The position numbers and the translations under genes are program-made. Source: Candidatus Collierbacteria bacterium RIFOXYD2_FULL_45_13 (GTDB taxonomy: Bacteria; Patescibacteriota; Microgenomatia; UBA1400; MFAQ01). Taken from it: 64,000 nt of DNA. The stretch's first letter is position 1; each line of letters begins with the position of its first letter. The DNA is taken from positions 351,557 to 415,556 of the forward strand of contig MFAS01000001.1 of the NCBI GenBank assembly GCA_001774685.1, given 5' to 3'. Shown here piece by piece: positions 18,497 to 28,200 of the stretch. The notes beneath the pieces were generated by a model. That model searched no databases, was not told the origin of the DNA, and saw nothing but the letters and a program-made list of their open reading frames with translations.

Positions 18497-20149
18497 TTAC
18501 CAATTTTCCCTCAAATGATCCATCGCAAACTTCAAGTCTCCCCTCACTTTTTTTCTGGGATTGAAGATTCCTTGAGGGTCAAAAATATTTTTGACCTGCT
18601 CAAATAACTTCACCATCTCTTCTCCAAACATCTGGCTTAAATAAGGTGTTCGGATCAGTCCATCATTATGTTCTCCGGTAATGGATCCTCCGTTTTCCGT
18701 AATTACTTTGTAGACTCTCTCCGCAATTTCGGGGATAGCGGTTCTCACTACTGGGTTTTTGATATCCACAATCGGGATAATATGAAAGTTTCCCTCACCC
18801 ACATGTCCGGCAACGGTAAAGATAAACTCCGGGTGTTCTGCCAAGATACTGGTTACTTTCGGCAGTACATCCTGAACTTTCTGCGGGTCAATCACAAAAT
18901 CATCAATAAAAGGAGCTGTGTGCTTGTCTCTGATTTTATTCCTTAGCAAATTAAAACTTTCTCGTCTAACCAGCCAGTACTTCTTTGCCTGGTCGCCCAC
19001 CGCCACTTGGGTTTTTAGGTTTAGTGGTTTCAAACTCATCAGCAACTCGTCGACTTTGGTTTTCAATTCCTCTTGAGTTTCTCCGGCAAAATCAATCTGC
19101 AAAATCAGTTTGGGTAGGCGCCCCAAAGCCATCATGACAAATGCCGGCAAGAAGGCCAGTCCTGCTTGGATCATTCCTGATATCCCTAGTTGTTTAGCGA
19201 ACTCAGGAAAATATCTCAACGCCAGTTTTAGGGTATTATCATCATAAGATTCAAAACTCTCCGGCCCCAAAGGTAAAATTTTTCTGATGATTTCTCCCAG
19301 GTGATCCATGCTTGGTAAGAATATCACTACCATTCGGTGATTTTTTTGCACCGGCACCAAGCCAATTTCGGCCGAAAGCATCAGTCCCAAAGTACCCTGT
19401 GCTCCCACCCAAAGTTTGGTCAGGTCAAATATCCCTGATTCGATATCCCAAACGTCCCACAGGTTATACCCGGCAGAGTTTTTGTGAACCGTGGGTTTTG
19501 CTTTGTGAATCAACTCCTGATTATCCAGTATCAATTTATATACTTTCCGGTAAGTTTCTCCCTCAAAGTCTTTCTGGTTCGTTTTTGTCTCCAGTTCGTT
19601 TTTGTTCAGAGGTCTTACCTCATAGGTATTTCCGTCTGAGAGCACCACTTTAATTTTCCGTACATATTCCTGAGTCTTGCCATACTTCAATGATTTCTCA
19701 CCACCGGAATTATTATTCACAATTCCTCCCATGGCACAGATCGATTTGGATGCCGGATAGGAAGGGAAGAGTAGTCCCCGTTTCAGAGTTTCGATCTCAA
19801 AGTCGCGGTAAAACACTCCCGGCTCGGTGACGGCTGACTCTTCTTGAACTGTCGGAAGATGGTTAAAGTATCTAGAAAACTCCACGATAATCGAGTCATT
19901 TAGTGGTCCGCCGGACATATCGGTTCCGGCCGCCCGTCCGGTGAGAGATAGGGCAGGGTATCTCTGTTTATTTCTGGCTACGATTTTCACCAACCTTTCG
20001 ACATCCTTTTGGTCTTTAGGAAAAACTACCACCTCGGGCTTCACTTCAAAAAGGCTGGCATCATGGCTATATTCTTTCAGTGTTTCCTCACCATGTTCCA
20101 CTTCTCCATCTATCCGGCTCTTGATCTCTTCAAGTAGCTCTGTTTTCAT
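18497..20149 (-). CDS. FAD-binding oxidoreductase (GlcD / D-lactate dehydrogenase family)
   Basis: DASLF, GRAAGT, GHVGEGNFH, GEHNDG, FDPQGIFNP. Confidence 0.9.
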   Translation of the reverse strand: MKTELLEEIKSRIDGEVEHGEETLKEYSHDASLFEVKPEVVVFPKDQKDVERLVKIVARNKQRYPALSLTGRAAGTDMSGGPLNDSIIVEFSRYFNHLPTVQEESAVTEPGVFYRDFEIETLKRGLLFPSYPASKSICAMGGIVNNNSGGEKSLKYGKTQEYVRKIKVVLSDGNTYEVRPLNKNELETKTNQKDFEGETYRKVYKLILDNQELIHKAKPTVHKNSAGYNLWDVWDIESGIFDLTKLWVGAQGTLGLMLSAEIGLVPVQKNHRMVVIFLPSMDHLGEIIRKILPLGPESFESYDDNTLKLALRYFPEFAKQLGISGMIQAGLAFLPAFVMMALGRLPKLILQIDFAGETQEELKTKVDELLMSLKPLNLKTQVAVGDQAKKYWLVRRESFNLLRNKIRDKHTAPFIDDFVIDPQKVQDVLPKVTSILAEHPEFIFTVAGHVGEGNFHIIPIVDIKNPVVRTAIPEIAERVYKVITENGGSITGEHNDGLIRTPYLSQMFGEEMVKLFEQVKNIFDPQGIFNPRKKVRGDLKFAMDHLRENW

Positions 20150-21136
20150 TTACTTTCGGGAGATAACTTTCTTGACCGCCTCCTTGATAGCATTCTTACC
20201 CATACCATACTTTTCGATGATGTCTTTCGGGCTTCCTGATTCGGCAAAGGTATTTTGTAGTCCAACAAACTCCATCGGAGCCGGTCTCTTTAGTGCCAGC
20301 AGTTCAGCGATGGCCCCTCCTAGTCCACCCATCACCTGATGATCTTCCACACTGACGGCGCAACCTGTCTTTTCAATGAGGTCAAGCACTCCTTCCGAGT
20401 CCAGTGGTTTAATAAAGGCGACATTGGCCACCAACACATTTATTCCTTCGCTTTCCAGTTCTTTTCCGGCCAGCATAGCGTAATAAAGCATGTGTCCTGT
20501 GCCAAAGATGGTGCACTGAGGGTTTTCTGTTACCCAGAAAGTTTGAATTTTTTTATCAAATGGAGTTTCTTCAGTGGTCATGACTACCGATTTATCCCGG
20601 CTAAATCGAAGATACACCGGTCCGTCAATCGTGGCAGACATGATGGTCGCTCTTTTACTCTCATGGCTGTCACAAGGGACAATCACTTCTATATCCGGCC
20701 AGCACCGTGTAATGGCGATATCTTCGGTTGCTTGATGTGTTGCTCCATCAGGTCCGGTCATAATTCCGCTATGATGCCCGGCTATTTTTACGTTGGAGTG
20801 ATTGTAAATAATTGTAGTTCGAATCGTTTCCCAGTTTTTTCCCGGAGAAAAAGTCGCGTAGGAGGACATAAAGGGAATTTTTTTACTGACACCTAGGCCG
20901 GCCGCCATCGCCGCCATGTTTTGCTCGGCCACTCCGCACTCAAAAAATCTCTCCGGAAATTTCTTGGAAAACTCTTCTGTTCTGGTGGACTCATTGAGAT
21001 CAGCCGTCAAAACAACCACCGCCGGGTTAGTTTCCCCCAAATATACCAGTCCGGTTCCAAAGCCGTCTCTGGTGGCTTTCATCTCGGCCGCCTCCTCGAA
21101 CATTGTTGGATTTAGTTTTAGGGCTGGGTTAAGCAT
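20150..21136 (-). CDS. Transketolase, C-terminal subunit
   Basis: GVAEQNM, GPDGATHQ, EDHQVMGGLG. Confidence 0.93.
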   Translation of the reverse strand: MLNPALKLNPTMFEEAAEMKATRDGFGTGLVYLGETNPAVVVLTADLNESTRTEEFSKKFPERFFECGVAEQNMAAMAAGLGVSKKIPFMSSYATFSPGKNWETIRTTIIYNHSNVKIAGHHSGIMTGPDGATHQATEDIAITRCWPDIEVIVPCDSHESKRATIMSATIDGPVYLRFSRDKSVVMTTEETPFDKKIQTFWVTENPQCTIFGTGHMLYYAMLAGKELESEGINVLVANVAFIKPLDSEGVLDLIEKTGCAVSVEDHQVMGGLGGAIAELLALKRPAPMEFVGLQNTFAESGSPKDIIEKYGMGKNAIKEAVKKVISRK

Positions 21137-21141
21137 TTTCT

Positions 21142-22050
21142 TTATTGATGTTCACTTTCTATTTTTCCTTGTAACGTCCTTAGGTCTGCCAGTGCGGTTT
21201 TTGCCTGATCACCTTTTGCCGGCGAGCCGGCTACCTCACCGACATCCGGTGGCGCTCCGTGCCAGAGATAGTTATTTTCCATGAAGCTTACGCCTTTTCC
21301 CGGTATGGTGTGAGCGATAATCACCGTTGGTTTGTTAAAAATCGCCTTTGCTTCACGGACTGCATCTACAAAAGTTCGGATATTATTCCCATCTACCTCC
21401 AAGACGTGCCACCCAAACGCTTCATATTTTTCCCGTAATGGCTCAAGAGGCATTATGTCCTCGGTAAAGCCATCGATCTGGATATTATTTCGGTCTATGA
21501 TCACCGTCATGTTATTTATTTTATTTTTCCCTGCAAACATGATTGCTTCCCAGGTGTTTCCTTCTTGGTGTTCGCCATCGGAAGTAATACAATAGATATA
21601 GTGATCTTTGTTGTCCAGTTTAGCGGCCAGAGCATAGCCAATCGCTTGCGAGATACCCTCACCCAATGGTCCGGACGTCGTTTCTACACCATCCAAGGCT
21701 GTCCGGTGCGGGTGCCCCTGCAGTCTGGAGTTCAATTTTCTTAATGTCTTCAGTTCTTCAATTGGGAAGTATCCGGCCATCGCCATCACCACGTAGCGAA
21801 TGGGACAGATATGCCCGTTGCTAAGAATCAGCCTGTCTCTATCCGGCTTGTGGGGGTCCTTGGGGTCATGGTTCAAGATATGGAAGTAAAGCGCTACAAA
21901 AATATCCGCCATCCCAAGTGGTCCGGCGCTATGCCCCGACTTGGCTTCCAGCAGTGTTTCTATGACGAGCTCCCTGGCTTTGACAGCCTTTTCCTGCAGA
22001 TCTAAAAGTTTTTCTTGCGTCAGATCGACGTCTAGGTTATCGACAATCAT
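21142..22050 (-). CDS. Transketolase, N-terminal subunit
   Basis: RDRLILSNGH, LQGHP, DGEHQEG TPP-binding motif. Confidence 0.93.
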   Translation of the reverse strand: MIVDNLDVDLTQEKLLDLQEKAVKARELVIETLLEAKSGHSAGPLGMADIFVALYFHILNHDPKDPHKPDRDRLILSNGHICPIRYVVMAMAGYFPIEELKTLRKLNSRLQGHPHRTALDGVETTSGPLGEGISQAIGYALAAKLDNKDHYIYCITSDGEHQEGNTWEAIMFAGKNKINNMTVIIDRNNIQIDGFTEDIMPLEPLREKYEAFGWHVLEVDGNNIRTFVDAVREAKAIFNKPTVIIAHTIPGKGVSFMENNYLWHGAPPDVGEVAGSPAKGDQAKTALADLRTLQGKIESEHQ

Positions 22051-23318
22051 ATTTTTAATATCATAATCAGGTCCGTTACATTTGACCCTAATTTATCTGT
22101 TAAGATTCCGTCGTCAACTTGCTCAAAAAAACTCGAACTGTCATCATTTTTTAGAAACTCTTGGGGATCTATGTTTTGCTTCTTGGCCTTTTCCCAAGTA
22201 TGTTTGTCCGCAATAGCTCCTCCGAAATGATAATAGTCGATTCCGTCAGAATCAAACGATACTATCAGTGTATCATCCTCTATCGGCAAACTAGCCAGGA
22301 CTAGCGCTTGGTTTCTACCCCCCTTGCCGCTTCCTACCACTTTTATGGTGGTTTCTCCTCCGGCCAGTAGTATTTTGCCGGGCGGTGTCTGTACCATCAG
22401 TTTCTTACCCATTTTCCTGGCATCTCCTTGGATTCTGTCGGAAAAAATAAAACTCTTCAAGCCCAGACTTCTAGCTTCTTTATTCATTGCTTCCAGGGCG
22501 GTCATGTTGCTGAGCAGGATAATTGTGTCGACATTTTCAAAGTACTCTGCCTCTTTGGGTAACTCCGTCAATGACGCTTCGGGTATATCAGATCGGCTTA
22601 TTTCATATTTGTCTAAGATACTGAGGGCCTTTTTGATTGTCGAACTGTCTCGAACTGTAGGCCCGGAAGCGATCACCGACAAATCATTTCCGGGTACATC
22701 TGAGAATATCAAGTTTACTATCCTCGCCGGGAAGAGATGTTTGGCCAAGCCGCCACCTTTAACCTTGGACAGATGTCTGCGGACCACATTGATTTCGGAG
22801 ATAGTCGCTCCGGAGTTGATTAGTTTGGCGGATACTTCCCGCAGCTTTCCCATTGGTAGAGAATGGGGGGCTTCAAACAAAGCCGATCCTCCACCGCAAA
22901 CTACCACCAGCACCAAGTCCTTTTTCGTCATACCCACGGTTTCTTCCAGCACCTTTTCCGTAAAAGCTACGTTCTCTTCAGATGGTAGAGGATGGGTGCC
23001 AAGTGTAAAGAAAGTCCTCTTGAATTTTTTTGATACCGTGTCAATCACCCAGCCTTTGGTAAGTGAGACTCCAAGTTGGCTCTCGATGGAGCTCGAGACT
23101 TCGGCCGAACCCTTGCCAAATCCGATCAAAAATACTCTTTCAAATTTTGACAGCTTAATTCTTTTATTAGCTACTCTCAACACGCCATCTTCCAGATGGA
23201 TTTTCTCGTGGAGCACTTTCTCCGGTTGGATTGCCTCCAGCCCTGCCTCTAGGATTCTTAAGGCAGTCTTTCTCCTCTCGGACGTAGCTATGGTTGAATA
23301 ATTCTTAATGAGATTCAT
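22047..23318 (-). CDS. Glycerate 2-kinase (DUF4147/MOFRL)
   Basis: GGGSAL, KGGGLA, SDVPG, GGETT, GGRNQ, SNVTD. Confidence 0.9.
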   Translation of the reverse strand: MNLIKNYSTIATSERRKTALRILEAGLEAIQPEKVLHEKIHLEDGVLRVANKRIKLSKFERVFLIGFGKGSAEVSSSIESQLGVSLTKGWVIDTVSKKFKRTFFTLGTHPLPSEENVAFTEKVLEETVGMTKKDLVLVVVCGGGSALFEAPHSLPMGKLREVSAKLINSGATISEINVVRRHLSKVKGGGLAKHLFPARIVNLIFSDVPGNDLSVIASGPTVRDSSTIKKALSILDKYEISRSDIPEASLTELPKEAEYFENVDTIILLSNMTALEAMNKEARSLGLKSFIFSDRIQGDARKMGKKLMVQTPPGKILLAGGETTIKVVGSGKGGRNQALVLASLPIEDDTLIVSFDSDGIDYYHFGGAIADKHTWEKAKKQNIDPQEFLKNDDSSSFFEQVDDGILTDKLGSNVTDLIMILKI

Positions 23319-23815
23319 TTTCCAAAAAACAAATCATTAACCAACTGGGTCAGAGGGTCCACTCCTGGTCCAAAAGCCATTATCCCTCCCAAAGCTCCGG
23401 TAATTGTCAGTAATATCAAGCCGGTCAAGGCCAGCAGAACGAGCGTCCTTGGTCGAAAAATATTTTTGTTCAGTTCAGAAATATATCCCCACCAGTCAGA
23501 CCTTTTTGTCATTGAGTAAATATCTTTATCAATCCATGTTATTAAATACGATAATGCTATCAGACCATAAACTATGGCGGTAGTCTGTGCAAATGTGGAA
23601 TGCACTCGTACTATGCGCTCCGGAAACGAGTCGGCTATCAGCTTTCCAAACAAAATGGTGGGGATCGTTGCCAGAAATCCGATCACCAGCATTATGGCCT
23701 TAACATAGAACCAATAGCTTAGGCTCAACACTCTTTTAGATCTTACAAACTCGCCCAAACTATACAAGGTCAAGAGAGCAATCGGAAAATGAACGAGTAT
23801 TGGATGAAGGTTCAC
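23315..23815 (-). CDS. DUF2231-like membrane protein
   Basis: LHPILVHFPIAL N-terminus, TGALGG. Confidence 0.8.
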   Translation of the reverse strand: MNLHPILVHFPIALLTLYSLGEFVRSKRVLSLSYWFYVKAIMLVIGFLATIPTILFGKLIADSFPERIVRVHSTFAQTTAIVYGLIALSYLITWIDKDIYSMTKRSDWWGYISELNKNIFRPRTLVLLALTGLILLTITGALGGIMAFGPGVDPLTQLVNDLFFGK

Positions 23816-23861
23816 ATTTCCAGTTTATCATCATTTCCAGGTCGGCTTTCCGTACCCGTTC

Positions 23862-24410
23862 TCACTCCACTACCTGGTCAAGCTGTGACTTTACGAAATT
23901 GTCGTAGTACTTGATGACCACCGGGATGGTTCTTGTGTCTAGTAGCTGTTTGAGACTTTCGTATTCGTGATTCTCTAAAGCTTTTCTTACCTCGGTGGCG
24001 GATCTTATCCTTGGATCACCGTACCGGCTGGCCGCGATCTTTGTCATAAACTTCGTCGCCAGTACGGCCAGATCTTCATTGCTACCTCCATAGAAGACAA
24101 ACCGCACTGCCATGTTGTTTTCCAACTTTTTTATTTCCGCCAACCACTGATCATTCGTGCTACCGTCAAAATAAACCAGCTTGGGGTTTATGTCCGGCAA
24201 GGGGACAATCCTCATCGCCGGGTAAATCTGTTTAATGATCTCTCGTCTCTGTTCGTAAGAAAAGGGAGTTCTCTGGTTACATGAGTTCGATGAGCCTATT
24301 ATTATCATGCAGTTTTCCAAACCTCTTTCTGTGATCATCAAATCTACCTGAGCCTGATGACCTTTATGAAACGGGGAAAATCTACCTAGTAATACAGCTA
24401 CCTCTTTCAT
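23862..24410 (-). CDS. Cytidyltransferase-like protein / NMN adenylyltransferase (NadM-like)
   Basis: GRFSPFHKGH, IGSS..PFS..QR, SATEVR. Confidence 0.8.
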   Translation of the reverse strand: MKEVAVLLGRFSPFHKGHQAQVDLMITERGLENCMIIIGSSNSCNQRTPFSYEQRREIIKQIYPAMRIVPLPDINPKLVYFDGSTNDQWLAEIKKLENNMAVRFVFYGGSNEDLAVLATKFMTKIAASRYGDPRIRSATEVRKALENHEYESLKQLLDTRTIPVVIKYYDNFVKSQLDQVVE

Positions 24411-24451
24411 TTATTGTTGCTTACCTTCTTGATAGTGTATAGCATACACGA

Positions 24452-25039
24452 TTAGATCATCCAACGCAAGACCTCTTGGTATACCTCCTCAATCTCTTTG
24501 TTGGCATTCACCGACCGTAGTTCCCAGTCCGGTTGCTCCTGAATAACGGATATCCTGTCGTGGAGTTGAAAGTGAAACTTGGATAGACGGCCAAAAACTC
24601 CCGAGAGAGTGTCGTCTGGTCTTTTTCTGGCATTCTTCCCGAACACTAGTCGCAAGTAACTTGTCCAGTAGGGGATTTGTAAATGTATCACCGTCAATGG
24701 CAGCTTCAAGTTAGCTTGGTCCAGAACCGATCTAAAGGCTCTGGTTTCTTGTAGGGTTCGCATTCCTCCGTCCAATATTAGACCTTCTGTTACATCATCC
24801 TGGCAAAAGCGCTGAACCAGGATTTTCAAGAGTGACTCTCCGGACAGATATCCTTTCGCCGCGAACATCGTTCTGCATTCTTCCCCCAGTGGCCCGGTAT
24901 CATTTTTGGCCAAGTCTCGAATAATGTCTCCCGTGGTGATTCTCGGTAGCCTTGATTGCTTTGAGAGCATGGTTGCCATCGTTGTCTTGTCGGATCCTTC
25001 GGGTCCGATAAATACTACAATTCTGCTCTTCAGATCCAT
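24452..25039 (-). CDS. Adenylate kinase family protein
   Basis: GPEGSDKTT, TGDIIR, LILDGGMR, RPDD. Confidence 0.8.
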   Translation of the reverse strand: MDLKSRIVVFIGPEGSDKTTMATMLSKQSRLPRITTGDIIRDLAKNDTGPLGEECRTMFAAKGYLSGESLLKILVQRFCQDDVTEGLILDGGMRTLQETRAFRSVLDQANLKLPLTVIHLQIPYWTSYLRLVFGKNARKRPDDTLSGVFGRLSKFHFQLHDRISVIQEQPDWELRSVNANKEIEEVYQEVLRWMI

Positions 25040-25077
25040 AGAAAAATCCTAAGTCCCAAATGAGCAAAACACAACCC

Positions 25078-25350
25078 TCAAAACAATTTTCCGGCCACTA
25101 GCTTTTCTTTTTTCTCTTTTGTCCAAGTTCTCAGTTCTCTTTCCCTCCTCATCGCCTCGCCTCTGGTCGGTTGTTCCTCTGAATAAACAAGCTTTGCACT
25201 TTCAAAACATCGAATATACTTGGCTGACTTACTCGTCTTGCCCTCATGCTCCCTCAGTCTTCGTTCCAGATTGTTCGTCTGCCCGACATATAAGGTATTT
25301 GCTGAAGTTCTCAGCATATAGACAAAAAAAGACCTATTTGTACTACTCAT
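25078..25350 (-). CDS. GIY-YIG nuclease family protein (YhbQ-like)
   Basis: FVYML...LYVGQTNNLERRLREH. Confidence 0.88.
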   Translation of the reverse strand: MSSTNRSFFVYMLRTSANTLYVGQTNNLERRLREHEGKTSKSAKYIRCFESAKLVYSEEQPTRGEAMRRERELRTWTKEKKEKLVAGKLF

Positions 25351-27397
25351 ACCTTAGTGCATTCAAAGCCGATATTTTGGTAGCTCGTCTAGCCGGATAA
25401 ATACCGGTCACCATGCCTACAATGAAAGAGAGTAAGATGATGACCAAGACAAAGGTAATGGGTAAAAAGGAGATGTTTATATACCCTACTCCCTTAAATA
25501 TTGCGAAAGTAGAAAGGAGTAGCCCAAGAACTTTACCCGCCATATAGCCAAGGAATATTCCTAAGACGCCTCCAAAAAATCCCATCATCATCGATTCAGT
25601 CAGAAATAGTTCTTGAACCTCAGTCGACTTCATCCCCATTGCTTTCATTAGTCCGACCTCTCGTGTTCTTTCCAAAAGAGATACTGTCAGCGTGTTAAAC
25701 ATTCCCAAAGAGGCAACTGCTAGTGCCACCATACCTAGAATCCCAAGCACCACCCTTACCGTCCCAAATAAGCTAGTAATTTGTGACACTGTGTCGGCTA
25801 CACTCCTAGTAGAGTATCCAAGTCCTTCTATCTGGCGTCTTACTTTATCTAAAGCACTTTGGTCTTTCACCACCACCTTCACTTGAGAGTAATTTGTTAT
25901 CCCCAAAGTTCTAAGGTCTACAAAAGGTACGTAAAAGACCGGCGATTTTTCGTCGGGAACTACTCCCACGATCTTAAATTCTGCCGGAGAGGACTCCACT
26001 TTTTCTTTTGGATCGTCTAGGAGATCTCCGACTACCACAAACGAGACTGTAAACACTTTCCCCACCGCTTCTGATTCTTTGAGCCCCAGGACTTTAAGCA
26101 TCGATCTATTCACGACTGCTTGTTTAAGCGCACTTGCTCCTAGATCAATCTTTTTAACTTCAGCGGTACTGATCACTCCCGCCTCACTCGCAATCTCTAC
26201 CCAGCCAAGAGCTCCGTTTACTCCGGTTGCACTTGTAGTAGTGTCGGTTGTTAGAGCCAGGACACTTCCCTCTTTGATACCTATACTGGTCACTATTGTG
26301 TCCGCTAAAGGAGCAAAATAGCCAGTTCTTATTTCTTGTAGACCGCTTGCATCACGAGACACCAAGTATCCACCATCAGTACAGTCAGGTTGCTCTACGA
26401 CACTACACTTCTCTTTTTTCCATAGAGGCAGGCTAGCCTTTACCCATTTGCCCAAAGTTGCTCCATTTTCGTCCACTCCAGCTTCACCTCGATTGTCTTC
26501 CGAGGCATACTGCGACCCCCAAACTTCTTCCCCAGATGGACTACCCTCAACTCTTTTAGAGTATCCGATGATGTTACTAGTTTTATCCGGTTTTTCCCGA
26601 ATCCTGATCCATACGCCCTCTGGCAAAGAATAATTAACGTCTTGAATCTCCATACCATAGTAAGCAAAGTCTCGATCTGTAGATACTCCTGCCACCTGAC
26701 CTTCGGCCTCTTGCAACTTAGCTACCAGTTCATTGCTCTCAAATATTTTGCCTTCCACTGGTTTTATGGCCGACTGTGTTAAGTACTCAGTTGTCACCCC
26801 ATAAACTGCCATATCAGAAATCGAGTTTTGATAATTCACTCTTCCGACCACAGCAATGAGGGGCAAAACGGAAGTTACACTCGCCACACCTGAAAAATCA
26901 GCTAATGTCTTGTCGTTTATTTTAGCAATACTTCCCGTCTGGGAAGTTACATCTGTCTGCTTCATTTCATCTAGCCTAGCCACTCGGGATACTACCATGT
27001 GTTCTAGTCCATATCCCACCGACACCAAGAACACTATCGCCCCGATTCCGATAGCCATCCCTCCAACGGTGATCATGGTTCTAGTTTTTTTGGCCTTCAT
27101 ATTTTGGAAGGCTAGTTCTATCAGAGCGACTCTTGAGATGCTGGTAAAGTCCCTCCGGTCAAAGAAAGCCAGTGTTTTTATCTGTTGTTCGTAAAAGGGC
27201 TTCATTAAGCTGTCCTTTAGTTGTTTTGGGAACCAGCGAAGTCTTATAATGGCCGTCACACTTACCCCTAGGACATAAAACAGGAGTAAGGCTACAAAGT
27301 TGAGCCGTGAAAGCACCTCCAAGCCAAGCCACTTAATCTTCGGCCTTAAAGTCCTAAAGTCCAAAATAATTGAGATTTTTGATAATAGATTATTCAT
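25343..27397 (-). CDS. ABC transporter permease (MacB/FtsX family)
   Basis: SLLERTREVGLMKAMG, YPARRA...ALRYE. Confidence 0.92.
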   Translation of the reverse strand: MNNLLSKISIILDFRTLRPKIKWLGLEVLSRLNFVALLLFYVLGVSVTAIIRLRWFPKQLKDSLMKPFYEQQIKTLAFFDRRDFTSISRVALIELAFQNMKAKKTRTMITVGGMAIGIGAIVFLVSVGYGLEHMVVSRVARLDEMKQTDVTSQTGSIAKINDKTLADFSGVASVTSVLPLIAVVGRVNYQNSISDMAVYGVTTEYLTQSAIKPVEGKIFESNELVAKLQEAEGQVAGVSTDRDFAYYGMEIQDVNYSLPEGVWIRIREKPDKTSNIIGYSKRVEGSPSGEEVWGSQYASEDNRGEAGVDENGATLGKWVKASLPLWKKEKCSVVEQPDCTDGGYLVSRDASGLQEIRTGYFAPLADTIVTSIGIKEGSVLALTTDTTTSATGVNGALGWVEIASEAGVISTAEVKKIDLGASALKQAVVNRSMLKVLGLKESEAVGKVFTVSFVVVGDLLDDPKEKVESSPAEFKIVGVVPDEKSPVFYVPFVDLRTLGITNYSQVKVVVKDQSALDKVRRQIEGLGYSTRSVADTVSQITSLFGTVRVVLGILGMVALAVASLGMFNTLTVSLLERTREVGLMKAMGMKSTEVQELFLTESMMMGFFGGVLGIFLGYMAGKVLGLLLSTFAIFKGVGYINISFLPITFVLVIILLSFIVGMVTGIYPARRATKISALNALRYE

Positions 27398-27411
27398 TAA
27401 ATTGCTTTGTA

Positions 27412-28167
27412 TTAGGCCGTTTCGTAGCCACGTTTGTTTTTCATGTCCCGTGTGAGACGGTCCTTATTTTTTTCATCGTAAATATCGACTATTTGTCCGT
27501 CGAAAATACTGATGGCTGTTTTAGCGAACTTAAGATACTCCAAGTCGTGAGTCACCATAATTATCGTCTTGTTTTGTTTGGTATTCAATTCTTGCAGGAG
27601 CTTCATGAGGGACTGTCCGGAAACAAAATCCAAGTTGCCCGTCGGCTCGTCTGCAATGATTACCTCAGGATCAGTGACCATGGCTCTGATGAGAGCAATT
27701 CTCTGCTGCTGTCCTCCAGACAGTTCGGATGGCATATAGTGAGCCCACTCGAGCATCTCTATTGTTTGAAGTAGTTCGGTCGCTTTCGACAAACCTTCAT
27801 CTCGTGTTTTTCCGAGCAAGAGCTGGGGAAAAACCAGGTTATCAATCACAGATAAAGCTTTTATCCAGTTTGGCTGTTGGTAAACCATGCCAATGTGGAT
27901 TTTTCGAAACTGACTCCGGTCATCCTCAGTTGGCAGGTTGTAAAGATTTTCTCCAAAAAAGGTGACCGATCCTGTATTGGGACCCTCAAGACCTAGAAGT
28001 GCGTGTAATAACGTGGATTTGCCACATCCAGAGGGTCCAAAAATAATCACAAAGTCCCCGGACTTGACTTCAAAAGAAATATTTTTTAGTACCGGGATGT
28101 CCACCCCTCCCACAAAATATGCTTTAGAGACGTTATCAACTCTAATTATGTTATTTTTAGTATCCAT
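27412..28167 (-). CDS. ABC transporter ATP-binding protein (LolD/MacB family)
   Basis: GPSGCGKS, LSGGQQQR, ADEPTGNLD. Confidence 0.95.
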   Translation of the reverse strand: MDTKNNIIRVDNVSKAYFVGGVDIPVLKNISFEVKSGDFVIIFGPSGCGKSTLLHALLGLEGPNTGSVTFFGENLYNLPTEDDRSQFRKIHIGMVYQQPNWIKALSVIDNLVFPQLLLGKTRDEGLSKATELLQTIEMLEWAHYMPSELSGGQQQRIALIRAMVTDPEVIIADEPTGNLDFVSGQSLMKLLQELNTKQNKTIIMVTHDLEYLKFAKTAISIFDGQIVDIYDEKNKDRLTRDMKNKRGYETA

Positions 28168-28200
28168 GTCTATTGCCCCTAGTTTGTCATTTCATTATAG

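Noticed and set aside
22324-23301. 325-aa plus-strand ORF
   Set aside because: Antisense shadow of the glycerate kinase gene with no motifs; the same applies to most short antisense ORFs in the track.
25078-25350. GIY-YIG protein as a homing endonuclease or mobile element
   Set aside because: It is the short stand-alone YhbQ type with no intron or flanking repeats.
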